Shown here: one piece after another, positions 30,651-42,220 of the stretch | Layout: each line of letters begins with the position of its first letter | How positions within the stretch are numbered: the first letter of the stretch is position 1 | Assembly: GCA_963720105.1 (NCBI GenBank) | Contig: CAVREL010000055.1 | Span: 32,903 to 96,902 of the forward strand | Reading direction: 5' to 3' | DNA: 64,000 nucleotides | Origin: an uncultured Acidobacteriota bacterium | Lineage (GTDB): Bacteria > Acidobacteriota > Terriglobia > Terriglobales > Acidobacteriaceae | Notes under the pieces: generated by a model | Database searches by the model: none | The model's input: the letters and a program-made list of their open reading frames with translations, nothing else | What the model was told of the DNA's origin: nothing | Program-made: the position numbers and the translations under genes

Positions 30651-31370
30651 TCATGCGGCCGGTTCAAGCAATATCTGTTGCTCTGGTCCCAGGCCTGCGA
30701 TCAACTTTACCCCATCATCGAGGCGAGGATTGAGGAGGTAATATCCTTCGACCGTAAAGCCGGCGTCGTGCCCCTCGGCCCAGAGGCACAGATCCACATC
30801 GCGGCGAAACCCACGAAGCTCGTCTGATAAGCGAACTGCCCTGCGTGCCGTCAAGCTCCGCCCGGTCTTTGGCGGTGGCTGGGAGAGCAACCGCGAAACC
30901 ACGCAGTGCGAAGCCTCCGGATCACGGTTTACCAGGATCACGATATTCAGCATCGCGTGCTCCGTATTGGCTTGATTCAACTGTCGAACTGCAGTGACCA
31001 AATCTCCGCTCACTCGCTCTTCTACCGGCTTATCGGTGGCTTCGCGCCGCTCCTCGCTGGGCTGCCCCTCGTGAAGAATCCGAACCGCCCATGTATGCCG
31101 CCAGATCGTCTTCACCTCGCAGTACGCCCAGGGCTTTCCGTCGCGGGAAAGGAGCAGATCGGGCAACCGGGAATATCGCTCCGCCGGGTTCTCAAGCATC
31201 TCGACTGCAAAGCCTTTTGCACGCCAGAATTCCGCCGCACTCTTCTCGTCCTCAGTCTTTTCACCCATTCGGTGAACGAAGGCCCCACGCAGGATCGGGG
31301 CATCGGAACCCGTCGCAAAAGTTCTCTGCCGCCGGCTGTCATCCGAACCCTTATTCGAACTGGGATTCAT
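30651..31370 (-). CDS. Hypothetical protein with PD-(D/E)xK-like motif, in the BrnA position
   Basis: LPDLLL..YCEVK. The start overlaps the brnT 3' end and the stop sits next to the hspR start. Confidence 0.65.
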   Translation of the reverse strand: MNPSSNKGSDDSRRQRTFATGSDAPILRGAFVHRMGEKTEDEKSAAEFWRAKGFAVEMLENPAERYSRLPDLLLSRDGKPWAYCEVKTIWRHTWAVRILHEGQPSEERREATDKPVEERVSGDLVTAVRQLNQANTEHAMLNIVILVNRDPEASHCVVSRLLSQPPPKTGRSLTARRAVRLSDELRGFRRDVDLCLWAEGHDAGFTVEGYYLLNPRLDDGVKLIAGLGPEQQILLEPAA

Positions 31371-31641
31371 ATCGCCTCCTTTCCTCTCGAGTTGCTCTGC
31401 GAGCGCTTATCAGTCGAGTCCGTTCGCGCCGTTCGGTATACACCACCAACAATACCCTGCTGTTCGCCGACAGACCAGTTGCGTTGGCCCGCAGTTCATC
31501 GTCGGAATGAACCGGATCCGCCGCGATCAAGACGAACGGATCCTGAAAAACTGTCACCGCTTCGACAAAGCTGACTTTGTGCTTCCGCAGATTTGCGACA
31601 GCCTTCTCGGCATCCCATTCAAACTCCCCGAGCTCCACCAC
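31351..31641 (-). CDS. brnT: BrnT-family toxin (DUF497)
   Basis: FEWDAEKAVANLRKHKVSF..LLVVYTER..RLISARRAT..ERRRY. Confidence 0.9.
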   Translation of the reverse strand: MVELGEFEWDAEKAVANLRKHKVSFVEAVTVFQDPFVLIAADPVHSDDELRANATGLSANSRVLLVVYTERRERTRLISARRATREERRRYESQFE

Positions 31642-31675
31642 ACCTGCTCCTGAGACCGCCAATCAAGGGGGAAGC

Positions 31676-32869
31676 TCAAAGCTTATCAAACAACTCCACC
31701 CGCGGGTCCTGGTTATTCAGCTTGGCCAGTTCGCGCATGATTTCGCGGCTGCGCTCGTCCTGAAGCGTGGGTACCTTAACATCCACGGTGACGATCTGGT
31801 CGCCGCGCTGATCGGGTCGCTGCGCGTTTTCGACGCCGCGCTCCCTCAGGCGCAGCTTCTGCCCGCTCTGCGTGCCGGGGGGAATCTTCAACTGCGCGCG
31901 CCCATCGATGGTGGGCACGTCCACCTTTGCGCCCAGCGATGCCTCGGCCACCGTCACCGGCACGGTGATGTGAATGTCGTCGTTCACGCGCGTGAAGACC
32001 GGATGCGGTCCCACCCGCACAATCAGGTAGAGGTCCCCCGCGGGGCCGCCGTTCAATCCCGCATTGCCCTTGCCCTGCAGGCGGATGCGCTGCCCGTCGC
32101 GCGTGCCCGCCTTGATGCGGAACTCCACCGTCTCGGTGCGTTCCACTGCTCCCTCGCCGTGACAGGTCGGGCACTGGTTGGAAATCCGGCCCGTTCCGTT
32201 GCAGCGCGGGCAGGTGATATTGAACTTCATCCGCCCGCCCATCTGCGTCACCTGGCCGGTGCCGTTGCACTCCGGGCACTGTATCGAGCCGCCGGTGGTC
32301 GATTGCCCGTGGCACGTGGGGCAGGTTTCCTGGCGATGGATCTGCATGCGCGCCTGGCCGCCGCGGATGGCGGTCCAGAAATCCACCGTGGCCTGGTACT
32401 CCAGATCGGTTCCCGGCTGCGGCCCGCGCGGCCGCTGCTGTTGCTGCGCGCCGGTGAAGATCCCGGAAAAAATGTCTTTGAAGCTGCCCCACGAGCTCGA
32501 TCCGCCAGCCTGCGGGCCTCCGCCTGCTCCTTGAAAGCCGGAGAAGTCGAAGCCCTCGAAATCGACCGGCATTCCCTGGCCGCGCCCGCCCGCGCCCTGG
32601 TGGCGCGCATAGGCCTCGGCCTGCGCCGGGTCGATCTGGTCGGAGTAGAAGCCGAGCTGGTCATACACCTTGCGCTTCTTCTCGTCGCTGAGAATATCGT
32701 TAGCCTCGGAGATCTCCTTGAACTTCTCCTCCGCCTTCTTGTCGTTCGGATTGACGTCGGGGTGATACTTGCGCGCCAGCTTGCGGAAGGCCTTGCGGAT
32801 CTCTTCGGGCGTGGCGGTCTTCTTCACCCCCAGCGTGGCGTAATAGTCTTTGTTGGTCGTCGTGGCCAT
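31676..32869 (-). CDS. dnaJ: Chaperone DnaJ
   Basis: J domain with HPD, G/F region, four CxxCxGxG repeats and C-terminal domain. Confidence 0.95.
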   Translation of the reverse strand: MATTTNKDYYATLGVKKTATPEEIRKAFRKLARKYHPDVNPNDKKAEEKFKEISEANDILSDEKKRKVYDQLGFYSDQIDPAQAEAYARHQGAGGRGQGMPVDFEGFDFSGFQGAGGGPQAGGSSSWGSFKDIFSGIFTGAQQQQRPRGPQPGTDLEYQATVDFWTAIRGGQARMQIHRQETCPTCHGQSTTGGSIQCPECNGTGQVTQMGGRMKFNITCPRCNGTGRISNQCPTCHGEGAVERTETVEFRIKAGTRDGQRIRLQGKGNAGLNGGPAGDLYLIVRVGPHPVFTRVNDDIHITVPVTVAEASLGAKVDVPTIDGRAQLKIPPGTQSGQKLRLRERGVENAQRPDQRGDQIVTVDVKVPTLQDERSREIMRELAKLNNQDPRVELFDKL

Positions 32870-32961
32870 TTTCGGTTTTCAATTCCAATTCAGCCTTACT
32901 CAGGCGCACTTCCCTCGTGCACAGGTCCTGCCAAAACTACCAAGGATTTCTCGGCAACCGC

Positions 32962-33300
32962 TCACGCAATCGCCCGCGTACGCTCCGGCCTTCGCCCCGA
33001 GTTCGCCGGTCGCGGACGTATTTCCAGCCGAATCGCTTTGTCCACTTCGGCTGCGGATTCGAGATCAAAATCCATTTGCAGACGCATCCAGAACTCCGGA
33101 CTGACATTGAAGTAGCGCGCCAGCCGAAGTGCGGTGTCGGCGGTGATTCCACGCCGCTCGCGGATAATCTCGGTAATCCTTGTCACCGGCACCCGCAATG
33201 CGATGGCCAGTGCGTTGGCCGACAGGCCAAGTGGCTTCATGAATTCTTCGCGAAGCATTTCCCCTGGGTGCAAGGGCGCCATGAGAGAGCCGTCTTCCAT
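32962..33300 (-). CDS. higA: HigA addiction-module antitoxin
   Basis: LHPGEMLREEF..ITADTALRLARYF..EFWMRLQ. Confidence 0.92.
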   Translation of the reverse strand: MEDGSLMAPLHPGEMLREEFMKPLGLSANALAIALRVPVTRITEIIRERRGITADTALRLARYFNVSPEFWMRLQMDFDLESAAEVDKAIRLEIRPRPANSGRRPERTRAIA

Positions 33301-33304
33301 GCGC

Positions 33305-33583
33305 TTAGTGGTAATCGACGATCTCGACTTCGAAGGCATCGCCGTCCCTCCATCGAAAGCAGATCCTGTATTGCTCGTTGATCCTCAGGCTCCACTGGCC
33401 CTTCCGATCGCCTTTGAGCTTCTCCAGCCGGTTTCCGGGTGGTTCCCGCAATTCTTCGACCGCTGAAACGCTGTGGATTTGTCGAAGTTTCCGAAATGCC
33501 ACCCGTTCAAAAGCCGCATACCGGCGGCTGTGCCGGTGATGAAACACTTTTTCGGTCTCTTCGTCAACAAACGAGCGGATCAT
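33305..33583 (-). CDS. higB: HigB (RelE-like) toxin
   Basis: MIRSF..PPGNRLEKLKGDRKGQWSLRINEQYRICF..VEIVDYH. Confidence 0.93.
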   Translation of the reverse strand: MIRSFVDEETEKVFHHRHSRRYAAFERVAFRKLRQIHSVSAVEELREPPGNRLEKLKGDRKGQWSLRINEQYRICFRWRDGDAFEVEIVDYH

Positions 33584-33587
33584 GCTT

Positions 33588-33614
33588 AGCGTTTAGCGTA
33601 ACACGGAAAACGCT
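33588..33614. promoter_or_regulatory. Imperfect palindrome, putative HigA operator
   Basis: AGCGTTTAGCGT-AAC-ACGGAAAACGCT just upstream of the higB ATG. Confidence 0.5.
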
Positions 33615-33688
33615 TCAACAATTCGGGGTGGACAACTCTCGCCGCCCACCCCTTTCGTTTCTAGCTCCGCTCAACCGGCAAACCCCGC

Positions 33689-35608
<1,920 letters not shown>

Positions 35609-35659
35609 GTGCTTGGCTCCTATAAACGGGAAAATGCTGTCGCCTTATAAGATGCATGA

Positions 35660-35678
35660 TTGAGTCAATTAGTGTCAA
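35660..35678 (-). promoter_or_regulatory. HAIR-like HspR operator overlapping a TTGACA -35 box of dnaK
   Basis: TTGAGT-N7-TGTCAA compared with HAIR consensus CTTGAGT-N7-ACTCAAG. hspR is in the same cluster. Confidence 0.7.
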
Positions 35679-35956
35679 CTTTTTTGATTCCTTTGGAGTA
35701 AGAGTTTCCGCGCCTCTCAAATGCATTTGTCATCCTGAGAAGGACCTGCTTCTCTCCTGGGTCTAGGGCTGCGCCGGAACCCGTCCTGGCTTTTGCTCGT
35801 GCGGCCTCGGCTCTTTCGGCCCAGTCCAGGAATTGACAACTTTTTACCGCCTGTGTCCCGCATGGTGTGACGGAAATCATTGTCACCAAACCCCGACTTA
35901 TTTAGTCTTAATTATTGATATAGGACCAAACCGGTCGTATTTCCCCGGAGGCCGTT

Positions 35957-36847
35957 TTGCCGCAACTCAAAACCAGCCCTGCACTCCTGCTTTTGCTGCT
36001 CTGCTTGTGTATCGTTCCCGTTACCAGCGCCCCGGCGCAGGAAAAGCCCTATTTCGTCACCTACTCTCACGACCTGGAGGAGCCCGGCAACCTGGAGATC
36101 GAGAACAAGAACGCCGTGGCCCGGCCCGATGGCTCCACGCACTATGGCGCCGCCGCGGTGGAGCTGGAATACGGCGTCCGGGCCTGGTGGACCACCGAGC
36201 TTTATCTTGATGGGCAGGCCACGGCCCGGGATTCGGCCATCTTTACCGGGTTCCGGCTGGAGAACCGGGTTCGGCCGCTGATGCGCGAGCACGTGATCAA
36301 TCCGGTCCTCTACGTGGAGTACGAGAACATTTCCGGCGCCGACAAGACCATCCTGGAAGTGGTCGGGCATGACGGACAGGCGGACCTGGCCGGCCCCAAC
36401 GCCGAAGCCCGCCGCGATCACCAGCACGAGGGGGAGCTGAAGCTGATCCTCTCCTCGAACCTGAAGAGCTGGAACATTTCGGAAAACTTCATCGCCGAAA
36501 AGAACCTGGGCCACGCCCCCTGGGAATTCGGCTATGCCGCCGGCGCCACCCGTCCCCTGCGCACCGCCTTCAGCGGCCGGGACTGCACCTTCTGCGCGGA
36601 GAAGTTGGTGGCCGGGGTGGAAGCCTACGGCGGCCTGGGCGACACCTGGTCGCTGACCACCCGCGATACATCGCACTACATCGCCCCGCTGCTCGGATGG
36701 CAGCTCCCCCGCGGCATGCGCCTCAGCTTTTCTCCCGGATTCGGCCTGACTTCCTCCAGCCTGGGCCGCGTCTACCGCGTTGGCCTGGCCGTGGAAGTCC
36801 CCCAGATCGGCACATGGTTCCGCTCGGCAAAGGAGGGCGCCCGATGA
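35957..36847 (+). CDS. Secreted, probable outer-membrane beta-barrel protein
   Basis: Signal peptide and alternating beta strands (ELEYGV, YVEYE, FGYAAG, LSFSPGFG), His-rich loop and CTFC. Confidence 0.7.
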   Translation: MPQLKTSPALLLLLLCLCIVPVTSAPAQEKPYFVTYSHDLEEPGNLEIENKNAVARPDGSTHYGAAAVELEYGVRAWWTTELYLDGQATARDSAIFTGFRLENRVRPLMREHVINPVLYVEYENISGADKTILEVVGHDGQADLAGPNAEARRDHQHEGELKLILSSNLKSWNISENFIAEKNLGHAPWEFGYAAGATRPLRTAFSGRDCTFCAEKLVAGVEAYGGLGDTWSLTTRDTSHYIAPLLGWQLPRGMRLSFSPGFGLTSSSLGRVYRVGLAVEVPQIGTWFRSAKEGAR

Positions 36848-37245
36848 TCTGGGTGCCCCACCCTCGCCGCTTCTTTGTTTTTACGGCTAGGGTGGGTTGG
36901 ACCCTTTGCCTGTGCGCCGCCCTCGGCGCCGCCTCCGCAACCCGCTGGGACCGGGTGCCCGCGAAGGACCACGCCCGCCCGAATCCCGTCGCCGGCCGCC
37001 CGGAGGCAATCCACGCCGGAGCCATCCTCTACCGGGACCACTGCCAACAGTGCCACCAGGCCGACGCCGCGGGTGACGGAAAGAAGAAGCCCTCCCTCAA
37101 GACGGATACGGTCCGAAGCGCGACTGACGGAGATCTCGAGTGGTTCCTCCGCCAGGGGGATCTCGGCCACGGCATGCCTTCGTGGTCCAGCTTGCCCGAA
37201 GCCCAGCGCTGGCAGATCATTACCTATCTGCGATCGCTTCAGTAG
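36844..37245 (+). CDS. Monoheme cytochrome c
   Basis: CQQCH, GMPSW axial Met and ATGA coupling to the upstream gene. The N-terminus is REP-derived. Confidence 0.85.
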   Translation: MIWVPHPRRFFVFTARVGWTLCLCAALGAASATRWDRVPAKDHARPNPVAGRPEAIHAGAILYRDHCQQCHQADAAGDGKKKPSLKTDTVRSATDGDLEWFLRQGDLGHGMPSWSSLPEAQRWQIITYLRSLQ

Positions 37246-37308
37246 GGGCTGCGGAAAAAGTCCGAAGAGAGAGCGAATCGAGTGGAACGACATCCCGCAG
37301 GGGCCAAA

Positions 37309-37443
37309 GAGTGTGCGTGAGAACTGGCCGGGATGCGAAGCGCATTGAAGGCGGCCTTTTTAACAAATGCAGCAAGTCAGCGTCGCTTCGCGACGTGGCA
37401 GGTTAGCAAGTTAGCGGGTGGATCCGAGTTTTCACGCAGACAC
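37309..37443 (+). mobile_element. Complete MITE-like element inserted in GGGC(C/T)AAAGCCC REP
   Basis: CAAA-[GAGTGTGCGTGAGAACT...TTTTCACGCAGACAC]-TAAA with the shared core. Confidence 0.75.
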
Positions 37444-37659
37444 TAAAGCCCGACGCATTTTGTTGGGCTTATCGGCCCGACTGAAGTCGGGCCCTGGTTA
37501 CAAAGCAATGTCGAGCGAGTTTTTCCGCAGCCTGAGTAGGTCGCGCGTCGCGCCAAAAAGCGTTGACACCGTTCCATGAATCCTGTATCCCTCGATACGC
37601 CCTCTTCTCTTTTCCGAATCAGGAATTCCAGAACCTCAAGCATTCGTGGCGAGGCAGTT

Positions 37660-39156
37660 ATGTCAGAACCCGTGTCGTTGATTCCCCACGAACCTCAGCC
37701 GATTCCGGATGAGCCTGCGCAAGTGCACCACGAGCCCCGGGAGTCGAACGGCAACCCCGTGGTCACGTGGACGCTGATCGGGATCAATGTGCTGATGTTC
37801 ATTGTCCCGGCGGTGGTTTCTCCCAGCTGGGTGTGGAAGCCCACGGCAAAGCAGTTGCTGGATTGGGGCGCGGACTTCGGCCCGCTTTCGCTCCACGGAC
37901 AATGGTGGCGCCTTGTGACCTGCTGCTTCCTGCACCTGGGCGTCATCCACATCGTGTTCAACATGGTCATCCTGCTGCAGGCGGGCGCCTTTGCTGAAGC
38001 GGTGTTCGGGCGAGTCCGGTTCCTGCTGCTTTATTTCCTGGCAGGACTGGGCGGAAGCCTGGCGAGCGCCTTCCGGCAGCCTCCGATCGTTTCGGTCGGC
38101 GCTTCCGGAGCCATTTTCGGAATTTATGGGGGTATCCTCGCCTTTCTGCTGATGCAACGGCGGGCTGTGAACCGCGAGGCGGCCGGGAAGATCGCCAAAG
38201 GCGCCGGTGTCTTCCTCTTCTATAACCTGGTATACAGCCTGGCGAGTCCCAGCGTGGACATGAGCGCCCACCTGGGCGGCCTGGCCGCCGGATTCCTGGC
38301 CGGAATGCCGCTGGCGCGCCCGCTGACGCCGGGCCGTCAGAAGAGCTATCCGCTGCGGAGCGCGCTGGTGGCGGCGGTCTCGCTGGCGGTGCTGGCGGGG
38401 GTGCTGGCCGCCACGCAGAAAGCCATCACTCCGCGGGATCAACTGCAGCAACTGTACCTGTCAGGCAATAGCATCCCTGTCGGCAAGAACGACAGGATCA
38501 TCTACAGCGGTTCAGCCACTGAGGCGGATGCCAGGAAACTGGCCGGCGCCTTGACCCCGTCAGGCTTTTTCGGCGGCAAGGGGACGATGCTTTTTCTGCA
38601 CAAGGGAGCGGATGGAACCACGATCTCCGTCGTGACCAACGACAAGGACCCAACCCATCCGGGAAACGGCGCGGCTCCGCAGCCCGACCTGGGTCCGCAC
38701 CTGGTGCCCAAGGCGTGGGACGATCCGGCGTTCCTGATGCACGCGCGGTTCATCGGGGCCATGGCTGCGCCGGCCCTCGGCGGGCCGCCGATCAACGTCG
38801 CTATTCTGACCGAAGACGGCGTCCAGGAGAAAGTGCTGCCCATCGATTCGCGGGTTCTCAAAATCGGGAGCCAGGATGTCATCTGGTACTCCGGCGACGC
38901 CACTCTTCAGGATGCCCAGACGCTCGCAAACACGCTTTCGGCAAAAGGCTTTTTCCGTGACAAGGGCGCGCTGGCGCTGCTCTCCAGACAGAATGGCAGC
39001 GCCGACGTCTCCGTAGTGGTCAGGGAAGGATCCTGGAACGACCCCAAAGTGGTGGCGGCGTTTCAGTCGCTGGGTCGCGCGATTTCGACCGCGATGGGGC
39101 AGCCGGTCCGCATGCACCTGGCGGACAAACTGCTCAGCAATAAGAAGGACCTCTGA
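37660..39156 (+). CDS. Rhomboid intramembrane serine protease with duplicated C-terminal soluble domain
   Basis: WWRLVT..FLH..HIVFNM, GASG and AHLGG. Two similar YSG.AT..DA..LA..L...GFF repeats follow. Confidence 0.9.
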   Translation: MSEPVSLIPHEPQPIPDEPAQVHHEPRESNGNPVVTWTLIGINVLMFIVPAVVSPSWVWKPTAKQLLDWGADFGPLSLHGQWWRLVTCCFLHLGVIHIVFNMVILLQAGAFAEAVFGRVRFLLLYFLAGLGGSLASAFRQPPIVSVGASGAIFGIYGGILAFLLMQRRAVNREAAGKIAKGAGVFLFYNLVYSLASPSVDMSAHLGGLAAGFLAGMPLARPLTPGRQKSYPLRSALVAAVSLAVLAGVLAATQKAITPRDQLQQLYLSGNSIPVGKNDRIIYSGSATEADARKLAGALTPSGFFGGKGTMLFLHKGADGTTISVVTNDKDPTHPGNGAAPQPDLGPHLVPKAWDDPAFLMHARFIGAMAAPALGGPPINVAILTEDGVQEKVLPIDSRVLKIGSQDVIWYSGDATLQDAQTLANTLSAKGFFRDKGALALLSRQNGSADVSVVVREGSWNDPKVVAAFQSLGRAISTAMGQPVRMHLADKLLSNKKDL

Positions 39157-39197
39157 GCCCAGACCCCTGATCTCTGATCTCTGACCTCTGTTCCCTT
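39153..39197. repeat. Pyrimidine-rich heptamer array (CTGAYCT)n
   Basis: CTGAGCCCAGACCCCTGATCTCTGATCTCTGACCTCTG. Confidence 0.7.
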
Positions 39198-39306
39198 GCA
39201 TCGGGGTGCCCCGTCCAAGCTTCGCTTGGGCGGGATCCCCACACCTGCGACCTGCGTCACACCCACCCTTCCCCTCCTGGTATACCCTCAAGCTTCCACC
39301 CGGCCC

Positions 39307-40929
39307 ATGACCACCGCCGCCCTCCAACCTGGCGCAGCCACCGTCGCGAAAACCGTCTACGCGCCCCATCAGCGCTATCCGCTGAGCCAGGGCGTGAACC
39401 CGTGGCTGGTCACGTGCTCCGTGATGCTGCCGACGTTCATGGAAGTGCTGGATACGGCGATCGCGTCGGTGGCCCTGCCGTACATCGCCGGCAGCCTCTC
39501 GGCTTCGAACTCCGAGGCCACGTGGGTGCTTACCAGCTACCTGGTCGCCAATGCGGTCATCCTGCCCGCGTCGAACTGGTTCGCCCGCCGCTTCGGGCGC
39601 AAGAATTTTCTTCTTTTCTGCGTGGTCGTTTTCACCGTGGCCAGCTTCTTTTGCGGCGCCGCTCCTTCACTTTCAGTGATCTTGTTGGCGCGGGTGTTGC
39701 AAGGGGCCGGCGGGGGCGCGCTGCAGCCGCTTTCGCAATCCATCCTGCTGGAAAGCTTCCCGCCGCAGAAGCGCTCGCAGGCCATGGCAGCCTATGGCCT
39801 GGGCATTGTCGTCGCGCCGGTGCTCGGTCCTACGCTGGGCGGGTGGCTGACCGATACCTTCAGCTGGCGCTACGCGTTTTACATCAATATTCCGGTGGGC
39901 ATTCTGGCCGTGTTCATGGTGAGCCGTTTTGTCCACGACCCGCCTTTTATCAAGCATGCGAAGGTGGGCCCGTTCGACAACATCGGCTTCGGGCTGCTGG
40001 TGGTGTGGACGGGCTGCCTGCAGGTCGTGCTCGACAAGGGCCAGGAGGACGACTGGTTCGGCGCCATCTGGGTGCGCTGGGCGGTGGCGGCGCTGGTGGT
40101 CGCGCTGGTCGGCTGGATTTGGCGGTCGTGGTCGAATCCCCGCGGGCTGGTTGATCTCCACGTCCTGAAAAACAGAAATTTCCGCACCGGCTGCTTCCTC
40201 ATCGCCCTGCTGGGCATGTGCATCTATATCACCATTGCCATCCTGCCGCTCTATTACCAGGAGATCCTCGGCTACACGGCATTCACCGCCGGGCTGGTGG
40301 TCGGGCCGCGCGGTATCGGGTCGTTTATCGGCTCGCCGGTGATCGGCTACCTGGGCACGCACATCGACAACCGCAAGCTGCTCTCCGCCGGCTTCATGGG
40401 GTTCGGCATCTGCTCGCTGTATTTCGGGACCGTGAACCTGGGCATCGGCCCATTCACGCTGCTGGTGCCCATCATGATCACCGGCTTCGCGTTGAGCTTC
40501 GTATTCGTGCCGCTGGCCAACCTTGCCACTTCAACCCTGTCGCGCGAAGAGATGGGCAACGCCACCGGCCTGTTCAACATGCTGCGCAACATCGGCGGCT
40601 CCATCGGAATTGCCATGGCGACTACCGCGTTGATCCGCCGCGCCGCCCTGCACCAGAACGATCTCGCCGGCCAGCTTTCGCCTTCGAATCCGGTGCTGCA
40701 ACAGAAATCGGCGCAGATCGCCGCCTACCTGGCGCACCGCCTCGGGCCCGGCGCCGCGCGGCCAGGCTCGTTCGGCGTGCTTTACGGCCTGATGCAGCAG
40801 CAGGCCGCGCTCAAGGCCTACGTGGATATCTTCCGCTGGACGGCGCTGCTGGCGTTCTTCTGTGCCGGGGCGGTGTGGCTGTTCAAGAAGCCGGTGAAGC
40901 ATACGGCGCCGCCGGCGGGCGTGCATTAG
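39307..40929 (+). CDS. DHA2-family MFS efflux transporter (EmrB-like)
   Basis: FMEVLDTAIASVALP, RVLQGAGGG, GPTLGGWLTD..W..FYINIPVG and LRNIGGSIG. Confidence 0.92.
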   Translation: MTTAALQPGAATVAKTVYAPHQRYPLSQGVNPWLVTCSVMLPTFMEVLDTAIASVALPYIAGSLSASNSEATWVLTSYLVANAVILPASNWFARRFGRKNFLLFCVVVFTVASFFCGAAPSLSVILLARVLQGAGGGALQPLSQSILLESFPPQKRSQAMAAYGLGIVVAPVLGPTLGGWLTDTFSWRYAFYINIPVGILAVFMVSRFVHDPPFIKHAKVGPFDNIGFGLLVVWTGCLQVVLDKGQEDDWFGAIWVRWAVAALVVALVGWIWRSWSNPRGLVDLHVLKNRNFRTGCFLIALLGMCIYITIAILPLYYQEILGYTAFTAGLVVGPRGIGSFIGSPVIGYLGTHIDNRKLLSAGFMGFGICSLYFGTVNLGIGPFTLLVPIMITGFALSFVFVPLANLATSTLSREEMGNATGLFNMLRNIGGSIGIAMATTALIRRAALHQNDLAGQLSPSNPVLQQKSAQIAAYLAHRLGPGAARPGSFGVLYGLMQQQAALKAYVDIFRWTALLAFFCAGAVWLFKKPVKHTAPPAGVH

Positions 40930-40952
40930 TCTCTGGTCGAAACCTCAGGACA

Positions 40953-41092
40953 GGCGACAATACGGGAATTTTGCCGTTCCACGCGGTCTTCGCTATCACA
41001 AAGCGCTGTCATCCTGACCCTGAGCAACGCGAAGGGGAAGGATCTGCGGTTGCTTTCGCGAGTTGCAGAGCGTCATTACTTCCGAATTGGCC
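40953..41092. repeat. 140-bp REP-containing block, copy B
   Basis: 138/140 identical to 2866-3005. Confidence 0.9.
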
Positions 41093-41173
41093 ACCACTCG
41101 GGAATGATGCACAGTCCAGGTGTTAGATCAGTTTGAAAAGGTATCTGTCGAAGGCGCCGCTTTGATCGCGCGT

Positions 41174-41686
41174 CTACAACCAGCACCAATAACCAGGGTT
41201 CTTTACGATTTGTACACGAGGATGCAAGTCCTTTAGCCTGCCGGCGTCGCGCTTTACAGTTAATTCGAGGATGAATTGACCATTCCTTTTGCCCTCGAAA
41301 CCACCAAGAATGCAACTGGTTGACGTGGCACTCCACGCGCCAGCCCTGATCGGGTTGGCTGCCCAATTCTTGACCAACGTCGTTCCATCCCAAATTCTCC
41401 ACTCCAGATCGAGCAGGGGCGGTGTGTCGCACTGATTACCAGGACGTGGCGGCCCCAGATCGCAATCGAGTTCTTCGAGCGGCATGCGCCGGTCTACATC
41501 GAGCGAGACATGGTAATCGTGTCTTCCGACAGGGAACTCCTGACTGCGCCATACTCCCTCAACCAAGGGTACGGGAAAGCTGGGAGCGGGCGTGCAGTGA
41601 AGCGATATGGCCGCTGCGTTTGCCACCATACTGTTCGAGAGTGCGCCCCAGCCCAATGCACTTCGGACGAACTGTCGCCGAGTCAT
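41174..41686 (-). CDS. Orphan exported protein with Tat-like signal, Cys-rich, lower GC
   Basis: MTRRQFV twin-arginine motif and TAGGAT -10-like box 6 nt before the ATG. Confidence 0.7.
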   Translation of the reverse strand: MTRRQFVRSALGWGALSNSMVANAAAISLHCTPAPSFPVPLVEGVWRSQEFPVGRHDYHVSLDVDRRMPLEELDCDLGPPRPGNQCDTPPLLDLEWRIWDGTTLVKNWAANPIRAGAWSATSTSCILGGFEGKRNGQFILELTVKRDAGRLKDLHPRVQIVKNPGYWCWL

Positions 41687-42220
41687 GGGGTCATCCTACT
41701 CTCTAGGTTGGCCATGCCCTCGCAATTCGCTTTCGCATGGTCACCTCCTCAAGCATCGTATGCCAGACGTGCCTACGAGCGAATGCTAGATGGGACACAC
41801 GTTGAACTGTCACAAAGCGCAGGCGGATAATCAACCGGAACTTGCGCTTACGAGTTCGGGGGCGTATTACCGCTACGCAACATCGGAAACGCCTCGAGGA
41901 CGAGTTTCGGAGTAAACCTCTGGACTGGTGCGAGGCGTTTTCGATTTGCAGGGGAGAAGGAAGCCGCAGGCGTCGCGGTCGCGGTGATGCAGGTTGGGAT
42001 TATGGAGATTGAATAGCATTCATGGGTTGGAGGGGCGCTTTCGGGGGCGGTGTTTTTTGCCGGTGCTGACGGAAAGAGTTAAGCCGTGGCATGAGCTGTC
42101 GGCTGTGAGGCCGGGTTGGGATACCGTGGAGCGTGCTCTTGAGGCTGTTCAGGTTGCTGTGCGCACACGGCATCGGAGACGTGCAGTAAGCAAGCCGGCG
42201 GCCCGGATTGGCGACAGTGG

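Noticed and set aside
41700..41954. Second cargo gene or ncRNA beside the IS91 element
   Set aside because: No convincing ORF or structure that I can support, so I left it unassigned.
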